Shown here piece by piece: positions 55,086 to 64,000 of a stretch of DNA of 64,000 bases (its first letter is position 1; every line of letters begins with the position of its first letter). The notes below the pieces were generated by a model. It was given only the letters and a program-made list of their open reading frames with translations, did not search any database and was not told the DNA's origin. The DNA comes from Octopus vulgaris. Lineage: Eukaryota. The translations under genes were made by a program, and so were the position numbers. The stretch spans positions 682,001 to 746,000 of the forward strand of contig OX597815.1 of assembly GCA_951406725.2 (NCBI GenBank), given 5' to 3'.

Positions 55086-57669
55086 TCAGGTCATCCCATA
55101 AGTTCTGTCCGAATTTTGGATAAAGAATCCAAGTGATCAAATGTTATATTTAATTGAAAGTTAATCATCAATGTACTTTCCCTGATTATCTATGACTTAC
55201 TTCCATCTATTTACAAGCTTTTTAATCCCATCAATGTAAAACTCTTTTGGATTCAAAGCGAAGAACTCTGAAATGTCAAGTTCAACCTTCTCCTGGCTTG
55301 CGAAAGTTGTGTCCCCCTAATAATTCTGTAAACTATGAAACAAATGGCATCCTGAAGGAGTAAGGTCGGGAGAATAAGTTGGATGAAGAAATGTTTCCAA
55401 ACCGACCTCTTCGATCTTCTGTAATGTGATCTTTGCAGTGTGGGGTTGCGCATTATCCTGACGAAACATCACACGTTTTCGATTCACTAAAGCGGCTCTT
55501 TTTTCCTTCAAAGCTTGGTTCAAACGCTCTAATTGCTGACAGTAGACTTGAGCATTGATTGTTGCATTAGGTGGTAACGATATAAAGTGAATTATGCCTT
55601 TGCAATCGCACCAGATAGAGTAGAACCTTTTTCCCATGAAGTTCCCTTCTCGGTTGTGGTTGAGCATTTTTCCTTTTACCAAGCCACTGTTTACGACGTT
55701 TAACATTTCGATAGAAAATCCATTTTTCGTCACAAGTCTATCGAAAAAGGGTGAAATGAGTTTGCGAGAATGGAGAGAAGAGCAGGTGTCAACTCAGGAT
55801 TTGCGGTTGTTTTCGGACAATACATGAGGCACCTATTTTCCAAGTTTAGGAAACTTTCCACGTTGTTGAAGATGATGATGAACTGTTGTATGGTTTGAAG
55901 TAAGCTTTATTGCCAATTCTTCAACTGATAATGCAGGATTTTCTTCAAGTAATGCCTCAAGGAGCTTATCATCAAACTCAACTGGACATCCTATTCGATC
56001 TTCATCTTCAATTTTGCAAACGATCTCCTGCAAGTTCTTTCATTCAAGCACTTTCCCATAAACTGAGTGTATGTTTCGAGTCACTTCGGCTGCAGAGTTA
56101 CCTTTATTGTACTCATAAAGAATTATATGTGCCTTAAATGCTCCTTGGATACTTCCATGTTGAAAGGGTTTTAATCAATGCAATTTTAGGGTGTCCACGA
56201 AGTCTGGGTACATGGAATAAAATCATAACATAAACAAATATAAGAAATAATAATTTTCCTTTTTTAATTTTGTTTAAATTAAATTTAAAAAATACTTTAC
56301 TTTTCTAAATTTATTTGTTATTTTTTCTACAGATGATCGAATGATGGCTCTGTCTAAAGAAGAAAGAATCCCAGATCGAATGATGGATCTATCTAAAGAA
56401 GAAAGAATCAAGTTAGTATTATTAAGTGAACGAGAGGGATGGTCTTATCGCAGAATTGCTGAAGAATTTAATCTTCGACACCCTTATAGGTAACCTATTT
56501 TTTTTTACTGCCGTCGGAAAATTGATCAAGAAATTTAAAGAAACAGGCAGTGTTTTGGATAAATCCCGTTCCGGGCGACCAAAGACTTCAGATGAAACGA
56601 AAGAGGCTGTCATGGATAAAATTTCTGCTAGCCCAAAGAAATCACTTCGTCGGACATCCACGGTGTTAGGTGTTCCAAAACCAACCATCCACAAAATGCT
56701 GGTTGAGGAAAAGTTTCATCGATACAACCTACAGATATTGCATCACTTAAATAAAGACGACCCTAATAGACGAATGTAGACGTGCGAATGGTTTTCAGAT
56801 AAATTGGATGAAAATATCAATTTTACGAAAAACTTTGTTGTTCAGTGACAAAGCTACGTTTTATGTAAATGGTGAGGTCAACAGACAGAATTTTCTATAC
56901 TGGTCTCGAGGTAATCCACATTGGATGGATCCATCCAAACAGCAAGACAGCAAAAAGGTGATGGTGTGGTGTGGTTTGTGGAAAGCTCATGTTCTAGGAC
57001 CCTTCTTCATTGAACATGTAACGGATGAGACTTATGTAAACATATTGAGAGACAAATTAATATCTCAAATTGAGCGCCTAGGCGAGGGCCTTCCGAATTG
57101 GTTTCAGCAGGATGGGGCCCCTACCCATTTTGCCACAACTGTTAGAGATTGGCTTAATGACACTTTTCCTCACTGGATTGGAAGAAGGGCTCATATGGAA
57201 AGGTCCCCCTCGTTCACCAGACCTTTCTCCCCTTGATTTCTTTTTCTGGAGTATGTTGAAAGAGAAAGATTACAATAAAGATTATAGATTTAAAACACGT
57301 GAGAGAACGCATTACCAGTCAGTGTGCTGAAATTGATGGCAATGTAGACTTATTTAATCAAGTTCACCTGAATTTTGCCAGGCGCATCAAGTTATGCATT
57401 GAAAAATGATGGAAATCACTTTGAAAATATTATTTATTAACATTATAATTAAATAAAATTGGTTTGTTTTAAAAGTATGCGTTAATCCCCATGTACGCAG
57501 ACTTTGTGGACACCCTCTCTTATTTTGTAAAACAATATTGAATTAGTTTAAACGTACACAAATGCATAAAAATAATTTTTAATTGAATTAGACATTTGAA
57601 AATACTATTAAATTTCATTCAAATCTAAAAAAAAGGGTAAAATTGGACAGAACTGATTGGATGACTTGA
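55086..57669 (-). mobile_element. Mariner (DD34D-type) element, decayed, with nested insertion
   Basis: TIRs TCAGGTCATCCCATAAGTTCTGTCC / GGACAGAACTGATTGGATGACTTGA; transposase remnants ~55140-56159 (QDNAQPH, HPTYSPDLTPS). Confidence 0.88.
56188..57516 (+). mobile_element. rosa/Visitor-like (DD40/41D) Tc1/mariner element nested in the mariner
   Basis: TIRs AGGGTGTCCACGAAGTCTGGGTACATGG / CCATGTACGCAGACTTTGTGGACACCCT; FSDKATFYVNGEVNRQN, FQQDGAPTH, PPRSPDLSPLDFFFW; frameshifted. Confidence 0.88.
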
Positions 57670-58049
57670 TATATATAATCTGATATTCTAGTAGGTTTCA
57701 AGTTTATAACACCTTCATATCTCATGTTATCTCATTTTATATGCCTAAGACGTTTATTTTCTATTCGGGTTTTTATATATTTCTATACATTATATTTGTA
57801 TCTATAATTTATTTTAAGCCGAAACATAATACGATCTTTGTACAAACGAAAGAACAAGAATGTCCTCTGGAACTTTTATCTTCTACCGGTGTTTGTAATC
57901 GATGGTGACATGTGCGATGATTTTGCGACGATCTTATATTTTACAGAGAAATTGGAAGCCCCGAATGTAAGCCACCACTTTATGCATAATGCAATATTTA
58001 TAGTTCACTATTTCTAACTCAAATTCTGTCCTCAATAATTATAGATCTA

Positions 58050-58380
58050 TATTTCTAAATGTAATTCTTTTTCTTCTCGTTCAGTTTATAACTATAACAC
58101 GCATTCTTGTCTGTCTCTTGACAAAGCTTTATTTCTCCAGCGTTCACCACTTCACCTCGTTAGGGTTAAACAGCCCTTACCGAATGTTTTCACTGTCCTG
58201 CTTTTGTTAGCAGCTTTGACGTTCCACGTATCTCAAATTTTATTTAATTTGCTTTGGGGGAGCAATTGCTTTGACGAAGACGCATCTTGCTGCACTGCTC
58301 GCAATGCGGAGTAGGTAAACCTGCCAACAATTGAGGAAGGGTTGTATTTTTTATGCTGCCTTTGCGCTATAGTTCTCAAT
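58050..58380 (+). repeat. Interspersed repeat homologous to 40630-41095
   Basis: Colinear similarity as described for 40630. Confidence 0.65.
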
Positions 58381-58984
58381 ATATAATGGAAATTCCTTCA
58401 ACCCAACCCAACCCAACCCGTGTGTAATAGTGACACTAATGCCATAGTGTCGACTGTGGGCCGGTAGCTGTGTACAGTCGCCCCAATGTCGCCCAGAGCG
58501 AGCTCCGGTCGCCATAGCGTCTTTGCCTCCACTAAATTTATTCTGTCCAGCTAGGTATCTGTATAGTGGTCATTTGCAAACTCCAGAGGTGACAACTGTG
58601 GGCTGGTAGCCGTGGACGGTCGACCAAACGTCGCCCAGAGCGGGCTCTGGCTTGTATGATGCTGTAACAGAAGACACATGCCAAGTTACCACACAGTGGG
58701 ACTGAACTGAAGACCAAGTGTTTTGGAACCAAGTTTGTTACCACACAGCTGTACCTGTGTGTGTGTGTGTGTGTGGGGGGGTTATCGGTATGTGTGTATA
58801 TATGCATGCATGTATATATGTGTATATATCACACACACATAATAAGGGTGAAAAATTGAATATTAATTTGATTAATATGAATTGAAAACCAGTGGTGGAG
58901 CATATAAGTCCATAGCGGATCTTCTTCTTGCAAAATGGATGACCACTGTTAATGGTTCATCCCTGTTATATAATACTTTCACTT

Positions 58985-59250
58985 TAATAGTTTCAGTATT
59001 AAAGTGAATGTCTGCATTACAATAGAGAGATGTTTTTGTTTCACTTTTAACACGTAATACTGAAATAGTGGAGAAAATATGATATTGCTGTGTCGCCCTA
59101 GGGAAAAAGTTAAACATTTTTTGCCGATGACACTCCCCGGATCTTAAGTAAAGCATGTGTAAAATTTGAATGAAATTGGTTGTGTAGTTCTCAAGTTTTA
59201 GGGAAACACACAGACAGACAGACACACATTCTCAGTTTTATATATAAAGA
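58985..59250 (-). mobile_element. Helitron-like 5' fragment
   Basis: Minus strand starts TCTTTATATATAAAACTGAGAATGTGTGTCTGTCTG, like the other Helitron 5' ends. Confidence 0.55.
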
Positions 59251-59293
59251 GATATATACATATATATACATATATATATACATATATATACAT

Positions 59294-59338
<45 letters not shown>

Positions 59339-59346
59339 CGTATGTA

Positions 59347-59545
59347 CGATGGGGTGCTGAATAGTTCCTGGCTTTTGGTAAAAGAAAATAGAGTAAGATC
59401 AGTTAATAGTGATTTTATTCCCACACTTATTGCGGCTCTCCTTCAGTTTTTCTAAGCCCAGTCACAGAAGTTGGAAGGTTGGGCCTCCAGCCAAACCCTT
59501 CGTGATTCCCTTAATGCCAGGAACTTTTCAGCCCCCCCCCCCTCG
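59347..59545. mobile_element. Mariner-type MITE
   Basis: TA|CGATGGGGTGCTGAATAGTTCCTGGC ... GCCAGGAACTTTTCAGC(C)nTCG|TA. Confidence 0.75.
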
Positions 59546-59674
59546 TATGCATAAATGTATGTATGTCAATGTTCAGTTTTATGACAATTTCTTACTAATA
59601 AAGAAAGAACCGGTTTCTAACCCAGATCCAAAGCTTCTTCATTGCAATTTCAACAGCAACAACAAGATATTTTT

Positions 59675-60008
59675 GTGTGTATGTATGTATGTATGTGTGT
59701 GTGTGTGTATGTATGTGTGTTTGTGTGTATGTATGTATGTGTGTATGTATGTATGTATGTATGTATGTATGTATGTATGTATGTATGTATGTATGTATGT
59801 ATGTATGTATGTATGTATGTATGTATGTATGTATGTATGTATGTGTGTATGTATGTATGTATGTATGTATGTGTGTATATGTGTGTATGTATGTATGTAT
59901 GTATGTATGTATGTATGTATGTGTGTATATGTGTGTATGTATTTATGTATGTATGTATGTATGTAGTGTATGAATGTATGCATTTGTATGTATGTATGTA
60001 TGTATGTA

Positions 60009-60039
<31 letters not shown>

Positions 60040-60115
60040 GTGTGTATGTATGCATGCATGCATGCATGCATGCATGTATGTATGTATGTATGTATGTATG
60101 TGTGTATGTATGTGT
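59675..60115. repeat. (TATG)n microsatellite
   Basis: Direct reading. Confidence 0.95.
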
Positions 60116-60194
60116 GCCTGTGTATAAATATTTCATGTAAAAGCTGTGTCCATGCTGGGGCATATATATATATATATACGTACACAATACAATA

Positions 60195-61506
60195 CAGGGT
60201 GGGGCAGAGAGAACGGATATTTTTTAAATGGCTATCACTCAGCCCCAGTAAGAGGGACAGATGTCCAACAGTTAGCCTTCGGTCCGTAGTGTCCGAACAT
60301 GTTCCTTTTCTTCTCAGGTGCAGCCATGGCGATGTGGATGGCGGGGCATCGCGTGTTTGCCCACGACAGCTGCGTAAAGAATAACGAAACTGTCACAGCA
60401 GTTCAGCGTGAGTTTCAGCGCCACCCCAGCATTCACCGAAATCAGGCTGTTCCCACCCGTAACACAATTTTACGCTGGGTGAATGCACTTCGTACAAGAG
60501 CTACACTAATGAATAGGAGACTGGTGGAGGCGCCGCGAACGGTACGGACCCCGGAAAATGTGGAACGTGTCAGACAAGCTTTGATACAGAGTCCGAATCG
60601 CTCTGCTCGGAGACATTGCAATGGACTTGGCATTGGTAATCGGTCAGTAAGTTGTATTTTGCATGAAGACCTGCATTTCCACCCATACAAACTGGTCATT
60701 GGGTAACAGCTAAAACTATGGGACTATGCAGAGCGGCTTAACTTCGCTTGTCGGGTGGAAGCAATTTTTGAGACAAATGACAACTTCTATTAGTTAACGA
60801 ATGATGAAGCTCGTTTCCATCTCAACGGTGTATTAACAGAACTGTCGTTATTGGGCCCCTGAAAATCCGAGAGAACTGCACGAAAGACCCCTGCACAGTC
60901 CGAAAGTGACGGTCTGGTGTGCTGTTGGGAAAGCTGCCGTCATTGGTCCTTACATGGAAATGTTGTTACTGTGAACTCCAAGCGTTCCATCGAAATGATA
61001 AACAACTTCTTTGTGCCTGGATAAGGACGAAAATGTCTGCCTCTTCGACGTGTGTGGTTTCAGCCGGATGAGGCGACGACCCACGCAGCCAGAGCATCAA
61101 AGGACGTCTTCGCCCTCTCTTTAGTGACCGTCTCATTTCCAGGTTTGCTGACCCTCTTGGTCCCCTGATTTGTCTATGTGTGGTTATTTCTTGTGGGGAA
61201 GCCTCAAGGCACATACGTATGTACACAAGCCCCATACATTGGACGATGATTCGAAGGAAGCTATTCGCGTGGAAGCTGCCTAAATCAACAGAGCAGTGTT
61301 GGAGAGAGTGGAGGCCAACTTCCAAGAATGCCTTCAAAAAGGCATCAATGAAAATGGACACCACATGATGGATGTTGTTTTCTACACTTGATTTTAACAA
61401 ATGCTAATTCAATACAAACACATTGATGTCAATATAATTTGTTTGCAGCTAAAATTTATGATTTTGTGAATTTTTCAAAAACGTCCGACCTCTCTGTCCA
61501 ACCCTG
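60195..61506 (+). mobile_element. rosa/Visitor-like Tc1/mariner element, decayed
   Basis: TIRs CAGGGTGGGGCAGAGAG..CGGA / TCCG..CTCTCTGTCCAACCCTG; VQREFQRH, PTRNTILRWV, PRTVRTPENVERVR, HFHPYKL, KVTVWCAV. Confidence 0.85.
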
Positions 61507-61630
61507 TTTAATATAATATAATATAATATAATATAATATTTTATATATACAATTGCAGCGGGGAAGGTGTTTATAAGTCATTTAAGAAAAACACAAAAAC
61601 CGTTAGATTCACTTCAACATTTAAATTTAA

Positions 61631-61681
61631 TTTGCCAAAATATTTTCGTCACTTTGAGACCGCGACCTGTTCACTGACAAA
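61631..61681 (-). ncRNA. Hammerhead ribozyme with G3:C8 core (left arm)
   Basis: Minus strand: TTTGTCA GTGAACA g GTCGC ggtctcaaa GTGAC GAA AATATT T TGGCAAA. Confidence 0.75.
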
Positions 61682-61698
61682 GAAATGCAGCACGAAGC

Positions 61699-61749
61699 TT
61701 TGTCAGTGAAGAGGTCGCGGTCGGAAAGCGACGAAAATATTTTGGCAAA
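61699..61749 (+). ncRNA. Hammerhead motif (right arm, C8 changed to G)
   Basis: TTTGTCA GTGAAGA g GTCGC ggtcggaaa GCGAC GAA AATATT T TGGCAAA. Confidence 0.65.
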
Positions 61750-61887
61750 TTAAATTTAAATGTTGAAGTGAATCTAACGGTTTTTGTGTGTTTCTTAAAT
61801 GGCTTATAAACACCTTCCACGCTGCAATTGTTTTCGTTCCAGCACACGATCTCAGATCAAGTCACTCGCTATGCAAGTACATCTCCG

Positions 61888-61963
<76 letters not shown>

Positions 61964-62000
61964 ATGTAGCAAATGGAAGATGGAATATAGGAGAATTTAT

Positions 62001-62116
62001 TATTAATCACGACAATTGTTTCGAGATATCCAGCATCGATTCCTCTTTGGCGGGAAACTCAACAACTGGTTCAGGAGCATCCGGTGGTACAGATGTATCT
62101 CGTCAGATGATAAATA
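62001..62116 (-). ncRNA. Type I hammerhead ribozyme, canonical core, large stem II domain
   Basis: Minus strand: TATTTATCAT CTGACGA GA...TC GAA ACAATTGT C GTGATTAATA; 9 of 10 pairs in stem I; GUC site. Confidence 0.8.
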
Positions 62117-62316
62117 AATGCAACTCGTTAGAATGACTGTTCCGCAATGTAACTTTCCGGTTTGTAGAAAGGAAAGCCGGGAAACGGAGGAAATATCTTC
62201 ATTTATATGGAAGATCGAAAATGAAATCACAAATGGCAAAAAGAGAAGCAAACGCGCAATACAGCAAGAAAAAATATATTTAAACACACACACACACACG
62301 TACACACATGTATGCG

Positions 62317-62349
<33 letters not shown>

Positions 62350-62424
62350 GTGTATACACCTTTTTAAAGGTGTAGCATTTATACTAGTCTGGATAGAATT
62401 GACATATCGGTTCTATTCTAGCAA

Positions 62425-62468
62425 AAACTGTCCGATGAAAGGCAACGTGAAACTCAGAGTAACAGTTT
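62425..62468 (+). ncRNA. Minimal hammerhead ribozyme, U4C core
   Basis: AAACTGT CCGATGA AaG gcaa CGT GAA ACTCaGAGT A ACAGTTT. Confidence 0.8.
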
Positions 62469-62620
62469 GTAGAATTTTCTGCTGCTTTAAATAAAGCATA
62501 CATATACATACATATATATAGTCAATCCAAACATGAACAAGCAAGAAAAAACAACAACAGGAGGACGTGGAATAAGAACTGTGTTATTGGACGCTCAGGA
62601 AAGGAAAGAAAAAAAAGAGG

Positions 62621-62655
62621 ATTTCACGTTTCGAGCGGAGCTCTTCATCAGAGAT
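62621..62655 (-). ncRNA. 35-nt minimal hammerhead motif (GAGC-stem family), N17=G
   Basis: Minus strand: ATCT CTGATGA a GAGC tcc GCTC GAA ACGT G AAAT; host element 62520-62720 is homologous to 36345-36555. Confidence 0.7.
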
Positions 62656-62715
62656 ATAGAAAAAGTCCAAAGAAGGGAAGAGGGAGAAAGAAAATCGCCA
62701 ACGATACACACGCGG

Positions 62716-62760
<45 letters not shown>

Positions 62761-62814
62761 TACATACATACATACATACATGCATACATACATACATACA
62801 TACATATATATATA

Positions 62815-63032
62815 CTCTGAGTAAGGACATAAATGCGAAACAAGGTGAGAAAATAGTACTCGAATACCAGAGGTAGAGTAATATGCTTTATTAAAAAGCA
62901 ACAAAAATATCACAAAAACTGTTACTCAGAGTTTCACGTTCCCGTTCGTCGGACAGTTTTGTTTCGACGAACGGAAACATAAAAATCTCTGAGTTAACAG
63001 TTTTTGTGATATTTTTTCTGCTTTTTAATAAA

Positions 63033-63033
<1 letters not shown>
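62815..63033. mobile_element. Fold-back Penelope-like element with tail
   Basis: Imperfect inverted repeat 62886-63033, tail 62815-62885, microsatellite flanks; same family as 62400-62500. Confidence 0.75.
62915..62960 (-). ncRNA. Minimal hammerhead ribozyme, U4C core, all stems intact
   Basis: Minus strand: AAAACTGT CCGACGA ACG ggaa CGT GAA ACTCtGAGT A ACAGTTTT; 8-bp stem I, GNRA loop II. Confidence 0.85.
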
Positions 63034-63110
<77 letters not shown>

Positions 63111-63302
63111 AGTTCCACAAAAATCAGAACTTAACTGCAGCACTTGGTCTAAATCCTATGCAATCTATGTGGGTGTCTTTTCAATGCAATGTCTGGTTTA
63201 AAAACTCACATCAGATGCCATGATGTAAGTACAATAAGGTGTAAGTAAGTACAATAAGAGGTGGTCAAAGTCTGCATAAGGAATAGACAACCACCATATA
63301 TA

Positions 63303-63570
63303 ATATTATATAAAATCCGTTCTGTCTGTCTGTGTGTGTGTCTTTTAGGATCTCGGGTATCCTCCATCCGATTGCGCTCAAATTTGATATGTAGACACCG
63401 ACGGTATCCGGGCGTGTATAAGTCTTGAAAAAATTACAAAAATCGATTCCAGGTGAGAATGTGATCGATGAAGCCGTGGGAACGTGCATTTGTACGCGCA
63501 AGTACATCAACTGTTGCGATCGATACTACGCGTACACGACAAAAATGCACGTGCAGTTTGCGCAAAAAAA
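63303..63570 (+). mobile_element. Helitron-like 5' fragment
   Basis: TTATATAAAATCCGTTCTGTCTGTCTG...CCGATTGCGCTCAAATTTG pattern similar to the other Helitron starts. Confidence 0.45.
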
Positions 63571-63571
63571 G

Positions 63572-64000
63572 CTGAAATTGTTACCAACAATTACTGCTAG
63601 ATCTCTGATATCATTAGATGTTGTGAGTGGTTCCCCTGAAGGAAGAGAGTATGGTTGTTTTAGCATAGACTTTCTTCCAAAATGCATCAGCTCAAATTTT
63701 CCCTCGTTCAGTTGCATTTTGTTTCTGTCTGCCCATTGACTCACAGCATATTGATCAGGCTGGAGTTGAGTTCGGTCTGCTTCTTCATTGATAATTTTCT
63801 GGAGCTTAGAGTCATCAGCAAATATTTTCACTTTGCAGTGATGTACGACACTGGAAAGGTCATTTATGTAAATTATAAAGAGCAGTGGGCCCAAGACAGT
63901 CCCCTAAGGGACACCACTGGTGACTTTTGCTGGGCTTGAGTGGATTCCATCGATCACAACATGTGTTCTGTTCTCCAAGAAATACTATATCCAGTGTAGT
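63572..64000 (-). pseudogene. CR1/L2-type LINE RT fragment, runs off the window
   Basis: SGVP*GTVLGPLLFIIYINDL, IFADDSKL, WADRNKMQLNEGKF. Confidence 0.85.

Larger units (their letters stand above)
61549..61893. mobile_element. Fold-back Penelope-like element: 134-bp inverted arms plus tail
   Basis: 61549-61682 inverted to 61698-61831 with a few mismatches; ~60-nt tail; TA-rich flanks. Confidence 0.8.

Overview
Repeat-saturated, AT-rich animal DNA with no intact host gene; the SINE families and microsatellite content point to an octopus (inference). Most listed ORFs are translations of microsatellites. Recognisable content: three tRNA-derived SINE families, non-autonomous Helitrons, decayed LINEs (RTE, CR1-type, R4/Dong, an L1/Tx1-like ORF1), Tc1/mariner elements (DD34D, DD37D, DD40/41D, MITEs), two probable solo LTRs, a Penelope-like GIY-YIG endonuclease fragment and a ~2.5 kb (CTT)n tract. 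The main hidden signal is about 21 minimal type I hammerhead ribozyme (HHR) motifs found by eye on both strands, roughly one per 3 kb. They sit in short non-coding, often fold-back elements inserted into (TA)n tracts. They include canonical cores, compensatory U3:A8 and G3:C8 swaps of the C3:G8 pair, U4C variants and family-specific palindromic stem III sequences. One lies directly downstream of the GIY-YIG ORF, and one element is arranged like a permuted ~365-nt tandem or circular unit (retrozyme-like). Penelope-associated minimal HHRs are a known class; whether these families are described, or active, cannot be determined from sequence alone. All folds were done by hand and repeat boundaries are approximate.
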